Assembly (NCBI GenBank): GCA_951406725.2
Contig: OX597814.1
Coordinates: 185,318,001 to 185,382,000 of the forward strand
DNA length: 64,000 bases
Direction of reading: 5' to 3'
Origin: Octopus vulgaris
Taxonomy: Eukaryota
Shown here: positions 13,746 to 29,134 of the stretch, in pieces
Layout of the letters: each line of letters starts with the position of its first letter
Numbering within the stretch: position 1 is the first letter of the stretch
The notes under the pieces: generated by a model
Seen by the model: only the letters and a program-made list of their open reading frames with translations
Databases searched by the model: none
What the model was told of the DNA's origin: nothing
Position numbers and translations under genes: made by a program

Positions 13746-13833
13746 CCTCCTTCTTTCCTGAGCGTCTAATGTTACTATATTTGTTCCACGTCCTCGCGTT
13801 GTTGTGTTTTTTTGTGTTTTCTTGTTTGGATTA

Positions 13834-13879
<46 letters not shown>

Positions 13880-15645
13880 GCAACATGGCCGCAGTCTGAT
13901 AACTGAAACAAGTAATTGACAAAAGAAAATAGCAGTGACGACAGTACTAGCAGTGTAGTGTTTGGAGTAACAGATAAAACGCTCAAGAGTAATTCACAGA
14001 ACGAGCACATCACATACTATGCTTCGGTCTAGTGTGAAAGTGGGTCGATTGTATGAGTGGTTGGTGAAGAGCGAGTGTGCTTGTACTCAGGCATGTGAAT
14101 GGGACTCAATTCGCGAGGGGTCGCGTAAGGAGGGAATAGCCTCTTGTACGAGAGAGTATTGTTGAACCCTTTAGTTATTGCACTCCTTTATTTATCGACT
14201 TCTTGAGTTACGAAGCCACAAATTTGCACGGGCGAGGAACGACGATGTGCGATATTTAATCTTTTCTCAAGGTCATCAGTCATACAAGCGAAGCGAATTT
14301 ATATCAACTTGGAAGTGAATTCAACTTCCGAGAAACTTAGTACTTTTCTGTAGTTGATTCGTTTTTTCCGTTAATTTAGCTTGAAGTATAAGCCAAAAAA
14401 GAGTTAGATGCCTTTCCTATGTACATAAATCAATGTTAGTAGATGGGTATGAAATGAGAACCTTAGACGGATGTGTCGGCCGCATTATTTTGATTAATGT
14501 AAAGAATAAATCTCTCCAAAGCACCCAAAGACCAAAACAGCTCATAAATAAAGTTTTGGTACTTAACTCCAATTTTATGGTGTTAAAAAGATAAGAAATA
14601 AACTTGACTTTGAAATTAATCCCAATGTATTACAGATAAAATTCTTAACAGTTTTTATATATATATAGTTTGTTGAAATCAAGTACACCGAATTTGGCAT
14701 TCCATCAACAGAAATATACAACAAAACAAATGGAATCGATTTGAACTCTAAACCTACGTTATAGTAATCATTATCCTCCCGTTGATTACGTCTCTTTAGT
14801 ATGAAGCACTTAGCTCGTATCCCCTCGATCTGCTTATGTTCCCATACTTTACAAGGTTCCAGCATTTCAGAGAGAATTGTATCCGTGTTATATTCATAAG
14901 TGTCTTATTACCTTCAATTCTTCCTGGAATTTTGATGTTTGGAACCCCATATTTATTGCTTCACAAAACACGGAAACAATTCTGCTAACTTCCTTACAGA
15001 AAAAGCAACTACTCTGCGCAGAGATTTCCTTACCTAATTCCATTTTAGTCGGTGGTACAACTTATAACCCAAACGACTAGTTACTCTATCCACCACATTC
15101 TACTCAGATAACTGAACACTCTTCTGCACTGAGTTGCGTCCTATCTCCGTATGTTCTACACCATGTTTCTCTGCACATCGTGCAAATACAATAGTTTATC
15201 ACATAACCAGATTCATATCACCCGCCTCTCTTCTTGTTTCAAGTACCATGTCGCATATCAAAAGCAAACACACGCGCACGCATTCACACACAGATAAAGT
15301 GCCCTTCCCCGAGCCGTAACTACATCCTTTTAAGCATTTCGAATACTCCAAAACAGCAATCAGATCGTAGCAACAAAATGGACTTCTGCGTTGTTGCTCT
15401 AAATGCTAAAAAGAATAGCCAAGTTTTCCTAAAATTACATTATATTCTGCTCTTTTGAAAAAAAATGTATATATTGAATGTATTAACCTTAGATGTTCTT
15501 AAATAAGACGGGATAGTCACGGCTGCAACAAATTTAATTGGTATTCTGGCTGTTCAGTGGTCCAAACAATACCAATGCCAATAACATGAAAAGAGAACAT
15601 TAACCAAAGAAGCAAGCAGAAACTGAAACGATGTTGTGCTACTCT

Positions 15646-16055
15646 CTCTTTTACCCATTTACTTGTTTCAGTCATTTGACTGCGGCCATGCTGGAGCACC
15701 GCCTTTAGTCGAGCAAATTGACCCCAGGACTTATTCTTTGGAAGCCTAGTACATATTCTATCGGTCTCTTTTGCCGAACCGCTACGTTACGGGGACGTAA
15801 ACACACCAGCATCGGTTGTCAAGTGATGTTGGGGAGACAAACACAGACATAAACATATGCACATACATACATATATATGTATACATATATACGACGGGCT
15901 TCTTTCAGTTTCCGTCTACCAAATCCACTCACAAGGCTTTGGTTGGCCTGAGGCTATAGTAGAAGACACTTTCCCAAGGTGCCACGCAGTGGGAATGAAC
16001 CCAGAACCATGTGGTTGGTAAGCAAGCTACTTACCACACTGCCACTCCTGCACCT
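15646..16055 (-). mobile_element. Most abundant tRNA-derived SINE family, full-length copy
   Basis: Reverse complement of the 33494-33911 element. Other copies or fragments near 2400, 8625, 19215, 20300, 32725, 36405, 47830, 51290, 57030 and 58271. Confidence 0.9.
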
Positions 16056-16743
16056 ATGTACGATTCATGCGTACACAGATCCCTACTAGCTTATGAATTT
16101 TAAAAGAAACTCATTATTAACCATACTAAGGCGGCGAGCTGCCAAAATCTTTAACACATCGGACAAAATGCTTAGCAGCACTTCGTCCGTCTTTACGTTC
16201 TGAGTTTAAAAACCACCGAGATCGACTTTACTTTTCATCCTTTCAGGGTCGATAAAGTAAATGCCAGTCGCGTACTAGTGTTGATTTAATCGACCAATTC
16301 CCTAAAAAAAAAAAATTGCTGGCCTTATGCAAAAATATGAAGCAATTATTAACCATACTAATTTCGCCCAGACGTTATTATCTTCGAAATTAGAAGAACT
16401 ACGTGGAAGCTCGTTGGTGCTGGATTTGTTTTAAATTTGACCTGCCACCCGATTTAACATCATCACCTAGCCTTTAGCAGCTTTTAATGGAGCTTAATCT
16501 TCTTGTATATCAGGCTTCTGACCTGAGGACATTTTCCTTCTTTCCTGCCAGTAGTCTGATAACGTTAGAAAAGTGTCACGACAACCGGGTCTTCTCCTCT
16601 AAGTCATTAAAAGAAAATATTTGCAAAATAACAAAGAAAGTAAATGTTCTGTCACTACTCAATGAAGTAGCAGTTGTGACTCACGTTCAAAGATGAGTCC
16701 TAAAATTTATTAATTTCAGTCCTTCAATGCTCCTATTAGTTAC

Positions 16744-16764
16744 CTTCATCACAAAACCGACTGC
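16744..16764 (-). CDS. Candidate 21-nt in-frame microexon (phase 1: GSRFCDE)
   Basis: Minus strand cctctcatccatttctttttcacag|GCAGTCGGTTTTGTGATGAAG|gtaact. Very strong acceptor and donor; length is a multiple of 3. Confidence 0.65.
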
Positions 16765-16849
16765 CTGTGAAAAAGAAATGGATGAGAGGATACAGTAATG
16801 AGGAACGATGCTAAATTGTGAATATGGCCAGTATTTGACTTAAAATAGC

Positions 16850-17790
16850 AGTTAGAGAATTCTTACAGATATTTGAAAATATTGTGATACTTGGGAATTT
16901 TTTCATAACGGTTCCTGGTGAAAACTGTCAAAGGACTCTTTGAGATTCACAAAGCCTACTGACTGGGCCTGCCGGAACTCTAAGCCCAATTTTATGAAGT
17001 GTCTTGGTCTCAAAATTTGTTCTACAGGGACAGTTGGAACGCAGTTTGATTGTTTGCTTCGCAGTGTCCAGTATCCTGTGCAGTAATAAATGCTTAAAGC
17101 TTTTCTTGGTACGGCGAGCTTTATCATTCCTAACAAGGCGATGCAGTCTCACGTGCTTCTCTTTTTAGAAAATTCACTAAGACAGCCACTCACCACTTTT
17201 CCCCAATCATCCGTGACTTGCTGCTGTCACCAATACCCGTTGAACAGATTTTTTTATATTTATATTTCTCCTATATTTGGAGACATTTGACGGTGGTTCC
17301 TTATTGTTATTTTCTGAAAGTTACTAATGTAGACTTGGTTAATTCGTGACAGCCGTAGTTTCCTTGCACTTAACTCTGTCGGTGTTCAATCTGTTACCAT
17401 ATATGTTAACAGCCTATGACTAGAAATTAACCCAGAAAAACCGGCGTAGTTTGAAGGAGATGTATTTTGGTAGTGAGACTAAATATATATTTATCTACCG
17501 CTAAATAGACCATTGAGGCCAGTAGGGTTGAGTGGCATGTCCTTATAAGTTCTTTCTTTGGAATCAGTTTATTTCGAAAGACAATGAAGTTGGTAGCACT
17601 AGTCAACAACTGGAACGACTTCTCTAGTGTGAAATCCTGAGTTGACTGTAAAAGGATCCTGAGTTGCCCTGATGCCCGAATCCTACTCTTAGCCTCGTTA
17701 ACGTGAGCTAAAGGGGGACAGAGCCATATGTTTAGAACCAGTTTTAAGTGACAGGAATTGATGGAATAGCAGAGAGTCGAACACAAAATT
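16850..17790 (-). pseudogene. Decayed LINE reverse-transcriptase fragments
   Basis: EQILRPRHFIKLGLEFRQAQSVGFVNLKESFDSF resembles the RT DQIFTLRQI..E....FVDFxKAFDS motif. EAKSRIRASGQLR..SLTTKIHL resembles RTE-type C-terminal motifs. Confidence 0.55.
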
Positions 17791-17887
17791 GCCTTAGGCG
17801 CTCTACTCCTGATTTACTTTATAAAATACAGAGGTTACCAAACCGAATACTCACACTTACATAAATAATACCTTCTTATTTATTTCT

Positions 17888-18119
17888 TATTTCTTTAATT
17901 GCCCACAAGGGGATAAACGTAGAGGGGACCAACAAGGACAGACAAAGGGATTAAATCGATTACATCGACCCCAGTGCGTAACTGGTACTTATTTAATCGA
18001 ACCCCGAAAGGATGAAAGGCAGAGTCGACCTCGGCGGAATTTGAACTCAGAAAGTAACGGCAGACGAAATACCACTAAGCATTGCACCCGGCGTGCTGAC
18101 GTTTCTGCCAGCTCGCCGC
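17888..18119 (-). mobile_element. SINE with Meta-domain-like core
   Basis: GGCGAGCTGGCAGAAACGT..GAGTTCAAATTCCGCCGAGGTCGACT.TGCCTTTCATCCTTTCGGGG.TCGATTAAATAAGTACCAG. Further copies near 16130, 32515, 39070, 42550, 47455, 48155, 49391, 49640, 51435 and 61330-61737. Confidence 0.85.
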
Positions 18120-18618
18120 TGGTATGTATCGATCCGTAACGCTACTCCCAACCGGAGAGAGCTGAGCCTGGGTCTCGTGTCATACAAAGTCATTACACCT
18201 TGATGTATTCACTGACGTCACAAAACAAAGACATAAACGACACAATGGCTGCGTATATTTTGCCTCTTATATCTAGACTTGGACGGCGCCAGAACAAACG
18301 TTAGATGTTACATTCAGCCAGCAACGATTCTCAGTATGCTTTGCATCTAATGCTATATGGTTTGTAGATATTTTTCTAGACATATTTATAATTTTTTTTT
18401 TTTGTCAACCACAGACGCTTTAACATGCATTGCTCCACCCAAACGGTTTATGACTTAATGAAATCTCAAAGTATCTACTAAGTAAATGTCACTGACACTC
18501 TCCTGCTCTCTCTCTCTATGTATATATATGGGAAAGTAGGGTGTGGGCGTACATGTGTATATATATATATATATATGTACGTTATATATATATTATATAT
18601 ATAAGAAAGTAGGGTGTG

Positions 18619-18727
<109 letters not shown>

Positions 18728-19587
18728 CATACATACATACATACATACATACATACATACATACATACACAAACATACGCGAGAGCGTGTTCCTGGGTAT
18801 GCATATAAGTCTGTATGGCAGCACGAATTTATTTTATTTTGTGTATATGTCTATTACATATATACATATAAACACACATATCCGCACTCACATACAAACA
18901 CATACACACAAACCAGTCCCACAACACAAACGTTCGGTAATGTGTGCATATGTGTTTAGTGTGTGTGCCTGTGTGTGTGTGTATTTATATAATGCTTTTG
19001 AAATTTTGTGTATGGAAGAATATGTAAGAACGTCTATGCTTATATTTATTATTCGAGAATGCGCAGCGGCACACGTTCCTAGAGTTTCGTGCCGCTCTAA
19101 TTAATCAAGATGGCCAACAGTTGCATGTGAACGAAACTCTCCACCCTCAGGTCACTATTCCTTCGGATAATTATGTGTGTGCATGTGTGTGTTGTATGTA
19201 TACACATATACTCTTTACTCTTACTCTTTTACTTGTTTCAGTCATTTGACTGCAGCCATGCTGAAGCACCGCCTTTTAGTTGAGTAAATCGACCGTAGGA
19301 CGTATTCTTTGTAAGTCTAGTACTTATTCTATCGGTCTCTTTTGCCGAACCGCTAAGTTACGGGGACGTAAACACACTACCATCGGTTGTCAAGCGATGT
19401 TGGGGGACAAACACAAACACATAAACATATACACACGCACATACATATATATATACATATATACGAAGGGCTTCTTTCAGTTTCCGCCTACCAGATCCAC
19501 TCACAAGGCTTTGGTCGGCCCGAGGCTATAGTAGAAGACACTTGCCCAAGGTGCCACGAAGTGGGAATGAACCCGGTTGGTAAGCAA

Positions 19588-19643
<56 letters not shown>

Positions 19644-19923
19644 TCATTCCTGCGCCTACATATATATATATATATACATACATACACACACACATGTACA
19701 CATGCACACATACATACGCACATGCAGAGGGAGAGGGAGATACAGAGAAAGTGTAATGTTTGTACATAGCTTACGTTCATACACACAGATGCGTATACAT
19801 AATGACGTACGTCAATGAAACGTATGTGTACATACACACACACATACATACATACACACACACACAGCTCTTACTAGATCTATATACGCGTATATAAAGA
19901 TATATTATTAACTTGTTGATATT

Positions 19924-19979
19924 TCATGCCAGAGATGACATGGATAAACAAAAGGGGGCAACAGTTAAGTAAAGACAGC
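19924..19979 (-). CDS. Candidate alternative last exon (phase 1: GCLYLTVAPFCLSMSSLA*)
   Basis: Acceptor cctcatttgctgctctctccag|GC in a unique island. Confidence 0.35.
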
Positions 19980-20004
19980 CTGGAGAGAGCAGCAAATGAG
20001 GCTT

Positions 20005-20060
20005 TTATTTTCCATCACTTAGAAACCATGTTGAAGGGTATTCTGTGTGACATTTGTAAT
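20005..20060 (-). CDS. Candidate alternative last exon (phase 1: DYKCHTEYPSTWFLSDGK*)
   Basis: Acceptor ccctgttgttattgttgttag|AT in the same unique island. Confidence 0.3.
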
Positions 20061-20477
20061 CTAACAACAATAACAACAGGGTGGCCTAATCGTTCTAAGC
20101 TGTGAATGCACATCGCACATCGCACTGAGGCTAATTTCGTGTGCGCTATGTATGTGCATATATGAATGTATCTGTGTGTGTATGGATGGATGGATGTATG
20201 TGTGTGTATACATGTATGCATGGATGGATGGATGGATGGATGTGTGTGCATTTATGTATTATGTATGTGTGTGTGTGTGTGCATGTATGTATACTGTTAC
20301 TCTTTTACTCTTTTACTTGTTTCAGTCATTTGACTGTGGCCATGCTGGAGTACCGCCCGTAGCAAATCGACCCCAGGACTTATTCTTTGGAAGCCTAGTA
20401 CTTATTTTACCAGTCTCTTTTGCCGAACCGCTAAGTTACAGTTGTCAAGCGATGTTGGTGGGACAAACACAGACACA

Positions 20478-20580
<103 letters not shown>

Positions 20581-21414
20581 GATGGGCTTCTTTCAGTTTC
20601 TGTCTACTAAATCCACTCACAAGGCTTTGGTCGGTCTGAGGCTATAGTAGAAGACACTTGCCCAAGGTGCCACGCAGTGGGACTGAATCCGGAACCATGT
20701 GGTTCGTAAGCAAACTACTTACCACACAGCCACTCCTACGCCTATGTATGTATGTACGTACGTATGTATGTATGTATGTATGTACGTACGTATGTATCTA
20801 TGTATGTATGTATGTATGTATGTATGTATGTATGTATGTATGTATGTATGTATATGTATGTATGCATGTCGTTATTAAGTTTATTTCAAGATTTCTTGCC
20901 AATAGAGAAGGAACCGGTTTCTAACTCAGATCCAAGGCTCCCTCATTGGAATTTAACCATCAACAAAGTATGTATGTATGTATGTATGTATATATGTGTG
21001 TATGTATGTATGTATGTATTTATGTATGTATATATGTATGTATGCATGTATGTATGTATTTATGTATGAATTTGTGTGTATGTATGTATGTGGGTATGTA
21101 TATGTGTGCATGTTTGTATGTATGTGTGTATGAATGTATGTGTGTATGAATGTGTGTGTATGTATTTATGTGTATATGCATGTATGTGTGTGTATGTGCG
21201 TATGTATGTGTGAATGCGAATGTGGGTGGGTGTGTCGGTGAGTGCATGCGTGTGCATGTGTGTGTGTGTGTGTGTATGTGCGTGTGTATGGTTGTAGGTG
21301 TAGTGGTTATGAATAGGGGTCTGATTATGCTTCATATGTTCCCCATTATGTCTTTTTCGTGCAGTAACATTAGTATATCTAACTACCTTCTAACCAGCCT
21401 ATCGATTTATCTTC

Positions 21415-21493
<79 letters not shown>

Positions 21494-21528
21494 GTCTATC
21501 TGCTTATTTATCTATCTCTTTATCAGTC

Positions 21529-21587
<59 letters not shown>

Positions 21588-21710
21588 CGAAATTGCGAAG
21601 ATGATCTGGTTCTTGACTGAAGATTGAAGGCTTCGAATGTCCCGTCCGTGTTTTTAGTGTCGTCTTCTAAATGTTTCACGTTCTTGTCCCAGTTTGTATT
21701 TTTTTACTTT

Positions 21711-21754
<44 letters not shown>

Positions 21755-21813
21755 TTATTTATTCTATGTATATATTTCTATCTGCTAACCTACCTTTCTA
21801 CCGCCCTACCGCC

Positions 21814-21875
<62 letters not shown>

Positions 21876-22049
21876 GTCAGTCTGTTTTGCTGGTTGGCTG
21901 ATTTTTTGGCTACCTCTCTGTCTGTCTGTCTCTCTCTCTCTCTCTCGCTCTTTCTCTCTGTCTTTATACATTTGAGTCTTTGTGTGTGCGTATGTGTATA
22001 TGCATATACTTATATACTTTTACACACACATACGCGCGCGCGCGCACGC

Positions 22050-22121
<72 letters not shown>

Positions 22122-22181
22122 TAGTGTATGAAAATATATACGTATATTTCTGGCTATTTGCCTGTCTGTAATTGTGTGTGA

Positions 22182-22218
<37 letters not shown>

Positions 22219-22701
22219 TGCTTGTGTTTGTATATATGGAACTATGGGCACGCACGCTTTTTAGTGCGAATAAATAGAACATCTTCCAGAAGTACTGTTT
22301 ATACAAGATAAATGAATTAAAAAGCCATACAGCAACAGTTTCGTATCAAATTTATTTCGCTTACTACCCAGTCAATGGTTCACTGCATTTCTGATGGATG
22401 GAGCGACATGGGTGCGTCTATGTAACTCGGACAAAACAAACAACACCACCGGGTAATTTTGTACAAAAGCACAACTTTAATGGTTTTCTCGACGGCGATT
22501 ATTTTGAAGCCAGGACTTCATAGAGTTGTTTCATGTCAACGAAAGGTCAAAATAAATTGGGCCTCTTTTAATTATACGCTTTGAATATCTCTTAAAAATA
22601 CATAGATGATAAATGTTCGGTTTTGTCATGAATAAGTTCAGGCAAACTTATTAAGGAATTAATTTATAACATACGTATATTAAATAGGTACAATATTTGA
22701 G

Positions 22702-22893
22702 AGTTAGATATAGTCAATCAGTTAAATAATTAATGGTTAATATAGTCAATCTGTTAAATATCAAACGAGTACGTATAGTCAATCAGTCAAATAACGGTTA
22801 AATATAGTCAAGCGGTTAAATATCTGACAGTTAATATAGTCAGTCGGTTAGATATCTAACAGTTAAAAATAGTCAGTCGGTTAAATATCTAAC
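22702..22893. repeat. Degenerate ~30-bp minisatellite, about 6 units
   Basis: Recurring AGTTAA(A)TATAGTCA(A/G)TCGGTTAAATATCTAAC-like unit. Confidence 0.8.
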
Positions 22894-23475
22894 AAACTAA
22901 CTAATCGATCGTTTTTTTAATGTGTTGTGTAAACAATCAATCGGTTGACACACAAACAAACGATTCTCCAACCAACACATTAAACAAACGATCAATTAAA
23001 TTAGTAAGTTAGATACTCAGCCGATTCAATAACCATAAAGAAATTATATTGAACCAGTACGTGTGCTGTTTGCTATTATTGGAGTAATGATCTTCCCATG
23101 ATACAAGATTTGTTTCAACACACGATTTCACATTAAGAATCTTGCAAACCGTATACAAAATCAAAGTGTATATACACACACATACACGCACACACATACA
23201 CACACACACACACACATTCACACGCACACACACATACACATGCACTCACACACACACATATATATATATATGTATATATATATCGGTGTGCGGTCGCGCA
23301 TATGTAGGTATGAACATACACGCTTACGCGAATACTATGAACTTTTTTACCCCCTTACTTTTACTCCCTCCCTTCACTTAGTGGTCATTCAAATAGCTCT
23401 TTTGTCTTTTTAACGGTCAATCACACAGTAATTTGCCTTTGTATAACGGTAATTTTTCATAGTATTTTTCCGATG

Positions 23476-23545
23476 GCCAGATAACTGAAGAGATGGCGGC
23501 GTGGATTTCCACCTCGGCATCCGAAACTCGGAGTTTTATCATGGC
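23476..23545 (+). ncRNA. Type I hammerhead ribozyme motif
   Basis: GCCAGATAA-CTGAAGA-GATG..GTGGA ttt CCAC..CATC-C-GAAA-CTCGGAG-TT-TTATCATGGC. Stems I, II and III are identifiable. Confidence 0.75.
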
Positions 23546-23960
23546 TACCGAATAATTGTCACATATTACATTTACAGATAAATTCCTCTATTTACATAAT
23601 ATTGAGGTCTCTTTCTTTCTTTTGTTGTCTTACCTTTTTTATCAATATATATAATATATATATATAAATGATAAAATCATTCATGTTTTTATCAGGTGGT
23701 CAACACCAAAATAGATAAAAAAACATATAGGTAAATTTTGAGATCGGAAACAAGCCTCTCCACTTGCTGAAAATAAATGCCAAATGACGCTAAAATGTGG
23801 TTTTCAGTGTCATTTGGCGTCGATTTTCAGCACGTGGAGGTGCTTGTTTCCGATTCCTTGTTATAATTATGTATATAATTATTAATATAGTATATATATA
23901 TATTGAAAGGGAGAGATGCCTGTGTAGCGTATGTGTGTGTGTATGTGTGTGTGTGTGTAT

Positions 23961-24001
<41 letters not shown>

Positions 24002-24975
24002 TGTGTGTATGTGTATTTCTATCTATATGCACATACCCAAATCACTTTCTTTTCTTTTTTCACTTAAGTCCAGCATTTTTTCTTTCCTATCTTCTCTTTA
24101 TCTTCTCTCAACTCCCCTTCTATTCGGCCCAGAAACACATCAGTTATCTAAATGACAATTCCCTGAACACCTCATTAAGAAATCTTTTGAACTATCCCTC
24201 ATTCATAAAAAAAAATATGAATATCATAAAAAAAAAGCAAAAAATATAGCACCGAGGAACACCATCTTGCAAAACAGCCATTGTTTTGACCCACAGTTTG
24301 TTTGAAACTTATTCAAAAACGGTTGATTTATGTCACTCAAGAGATAGCAAAATTATTCAAATATATTTACTATATCTCTAGAATGAAAAGATAAGCATGA
24401 AAAGGGAAAAAAAAATCAATTGATTTACCATATATATTGTAGATTGGCTAGCACAGACAGCACAGTTCCTTAAGGGCTAAAATCTATGTCAAAATTTGGT
24501 CGAAAGACTATTATTTTCCCCCTTATTTCCTTGTTATTCAATAGTTTTATTTTTGGCATCATAACGATGTAGTGCATGATTAGTGAGTATTCTAGTGAAA
24601 ATAGTAGTTATTTTGCCAGAAAAGAAAGTTTATTTTACAATTCCTTGTAGTCATGTTTTTCTACCTCTCTCTTACCTATACTCTTCCTTCCATTCCCCTA
24701 CTCTCTGGTCTTAAGGGAGCTAATACTACTCTTTTGATTATTATCTCTTCCTTTCATAGAAATCCTGGTAATTTATGCGAATAAATTATATATATATATA
24801 TAGGCGAAGGCATGGCTGTGTGATGAGAAGCTTGCTTTCTAACTACATGGCTCTAAGTTCAGTCCCACTGTGTGACACCCGGGGAAGTGTCTTCTGCTGT
24901 AGCCTCTGTGTCTTCTGCTGTAGTGAGGCATTACTGTATGTATGTGTGTGTATGTGTGTGTGTGGAGGAAGGTGT

Positions 24976-25042
<67 letters not shown>

Positions 25043-25641
25043 TATGGATAGATATATGGATAGATACATACATACATACATAAATACATACATACATACA
25101 TGCATGCATACATACATACATACATACATACATACATACATACATACATACATACATACATACATACATACATACATAAATAGATGGTGTATGGCAAATA
25201 TAAAATTGCGTGCATGTATGTGAAATATTTTGGCTAAACACATGGCGACATTTGGATTCAAATCAGGCCAGAGCAGATTGTTCTATATCTCGTTAAGAAT
25301 CAAACAGAGGCACAAAGACGGTTAATGTGCATATATATATATATATAGTGAAAATTTACAAAATCACAAAAGACGAAGACGGGTGTGTAAACTAATGTAT
25401 TAGTTTAACGCTCAGGAAGTGTGAAAGTCTTTTACGTTTCGGGCCTAGCTCTTCCACAGAAAGGAGCACAGACATAAACAGGGAGAGAGAATAGAAAAAG
25501 GTTTAGTGGCTAGCGATCTACAATGGCAAATGCCGGACAGAGGGGTCACACAGGAGAGCTAGGGAGAAGGGGAGATAATAAAGTAGTGGTGATCTCAAAA
25601 TGAAGGTGCGCGTGCGTGTGTATGTGAGAGCGTGTATGTGC

Positions 25642-25687
<46 letters not shown>

Positions 25688-25947
25688 GTATATGTATATG
25701 TTGTGTATATATATATAAAGTCAGAATAAGCAACAGAGCATGAAGAAGTGACACAGTACAACCGTTTCAAGCGGCTCCATTTAATTGAGCAATGCAATCA
25801 TCACATCAATTTAAAAGCAAAGCTATCATGGGCTGCACAAATAATTAGAATTTTAATCAGTTGGACACATTAATATAACTTTTCGCAAATATTCTAACAG
25901 AGTAAGAAGAAATCCATGTTGTCGCTACTGTAGCTAAGAATAGATTT

Positions 25948-25985
<38 letters not shown>

Positions 25986-26678
25986 TCAGTGGTGACTCCG
26001 ACACTCGGGCTGTTCAGGCTTAGCCCGAGTATAAATTTAGTAAAGTGAACGTGTATTTGGAAGCTGATTTAATTTATGCCAACACTGACTTCAAGTATGT
26101 AATTGCAGCCAATAACTTGAGCTCCTTTTATTAAGCCTGGTCGCAGTTCATTTAATTTCGTTCAGCATTTGGCGGTCGTCTTGGTGGTGCCGTGTCAAAA
26201 AAAATCATTCGTACCAGACGTTCTCACGACATCGTTCACACGTGTTATGTATAATCGTAAAAATTAAAAGTAATTAAAATTCAATGTTTTCTTGAAACAA
26301 TAAATTTCTATAGAGTTTAGTATTTAAATTCCAATCAACGATAGTCTTAAAGGAACGAAAAATTATCTGTGGTGAGCCTGAATGACGAAATATGAGTTCG
26401 AGTGACGAAATCTGTGACAAGACCGAAAAATGTGATGACCTGGAGCTGCCTCTGATATATATATAAGGTTTAAAAAGTAACTTTAAGTAAATACGCGCTA
26501 AACACAGTATCGAAACCTTATTTCTGGGTAAGCCCCAGGTCGTATGTCCGTGGAGCACGTTCACCACTTATGGCTACCAAGCATCATCAGCGATACTTAC
26601 CAAACATTGTTGTAATAATTCCAGGAATTATATATATATATGTGTGTGTATATATATATATATATATATACATACATG

Positions 26679-26728
<50 letters not shown>

Positions 26729-27715
26729 CATACATATATATATACATACATACATATATGTATATATATACACATACATACATATATAGGTACATATATA
26801 TATATATACAAATATACAGATATATATATGCATAAATATATATGTATACACATGTACATATACATACACATATATGTATCTATACATATAAATATATACA
26901 TATATATATTCACATTCATACTTGCATACATGCACACATACACACACATTAATACATGCAAGCATACATACATACATACATACATACACACATACCTACA
27001 TACATACAAACATACATACATTCATACATACATACATACAAGCATACATACATACATAGACACGCACACACACACACACACAGACACAGACACACACACA
27101 CACACACACAGCTGTTTAAATAAAATAGAGGATGTTTTAGTAGAGTTATATTAGTTATTACTACATGTTACTAACATTGAGGAAACATTAACCTCAGCTA
27201 ATTGTGCATAACAATCTTTCAGACATCACTAATAGGATGATATATTAATAAAATTTCAAAAGGCCTTAGACTTCCTTCTTCAGCGGCCATTTTACAGGCG
27301 TAGTACTTGCTACCAAACGTACATAAGTGTAATAATAATATAATAATAGGATAAATAAAGAGTGAAATGAAAGCCAAAAGGAATTGCCACCATTATATAT
27401 ACAGATCAGAGGCCGAGATTCAGTTCTTTTTTCCTCCTATTTCACACCATTATGTATATTTGTATGTATGTCCATGTATATATCACACACACACATGCAT
27501 ACATACACGCACATACAGGCACGTACATACACACATCATACGCACGCACAAAGAACTTGTGTGTGTGTGTGTGTGCGCGTTAGTGTGTGTACATGTATGT
27601 AAATGTAAATGTGGACTCAAACTCACTTTCGTACAAACACGCAGAACATTCATGTGTATGTGTATGTATGTATGCATGTGTGTATGTGTGTATGTATGTA
27701 TGTATTTATGCACAT

Positions 27716-27772
<57 letters not shown>

Positions 27773-27783
27773 CAGACATACAT

Positions 27784-27898
<115 letters not shown>

Positions 27899-28000
27899 TA
27901 GTACTTGCTACGTTTTGTTTTTTAGTATATAACTATATCTATACATCTATATGCTTAAATGTATATGTATATATTTGACATATAGACATGTACAGACACA

Positions 28001-28045
<45 letters not shown>

Positions 28046-28139
28046 ATGTATATATGTGTGTGTGTTTATTTGTTTATTTATCTATATATTTGGATATATC
28101 TACACATACATACTTAAACATACACACTCACATATGTGA

Positions 28140-28181
<42 letters not shown>

Positions 28182-28318
28182 ATACATACATAGATACATA
28201 CATAGATACATACATGCGTAAGTGTGTGTATAATTATATATATTTCTGTTGACTTATCCCTGCAAATTACACCAGCTTGTCTTTCGTGATAATCATTGCT
28301 AGGTCCCAAAACATTAAA

Positions 28319-28353
28319 CTATGCCTTTTTCAAAACGCCTGCATTCCACAGGA
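28319..28353 (-). CDS. Candidate alternative last exon (phase 1: VLWNAGVLKKA*)
   Basis: Acceptor ctattttcgaccatttactgcccag|TC. Confidence 0.25.
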
Positions 28354-28718
28354 CTGGGCAGTAAATGGTCGAAAATAGGGTGACATGACAATCACAAAGA
28401 TTTGCTCACTTGGCAATATATAATGAATTTTGTATTTACATGACATTTTTACTTTTCTATTCCCTGCATTCTCTCTTCTACCACCACTTCCTCTGTTTTT
28501 GTCCCCCACATCCTCTCCTACTCTCAAGCTGCGGCTATAACTATTCATACGTGTATGCGAGTATATGTGAGTGCGACTATCCCTGTAAAGGCTTTCTATT
28601 ATGAATATTTCCCTATGTCTACTCAGCTGTCACTTAATCAATTGCTCTTTTGATTATTCTAACGCTCTCTTACTCTCACTTCATTGCTTTCCCCTTTGCT
28701 TTCCCCTTTTCCTCCCTG

Positions 28719-28838
<120 letters not shown>

Positions 28839-28992
28839 ATGCATATGTGTGCAGATATGTGTGTCTCGCCCTATTTCTGAGTAAACCCAACGCTATTTCC
28901 CTGCCTTCAGTTATCCTGTACAGGAATTTCTGATTATTTGATGCCATCTGTCTCTTGATATACGCATGTATTTGTGCGTGCGTACATATACA

Positions 28993-29115
<123 letters not shown>

Positions 29116-29134
29116 CATTATTATTATTATTATT

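Noticed and set aside
22702-22893. Regularly spaced repeats superficially like a CRISPR array
   Set aside because: Units are contiguous degenerate tandem copies without unique spacers, the context is eukaryotic, and there are no cas genes.
25987-26455. Possible hAT-like element (CAGTGGTGACTCC ... GGAGCTGCCTCTG) between TA tracts
   Set aside because: Only 9 of 13 terminal bases match and no TSD or coding remnant is recognisable.
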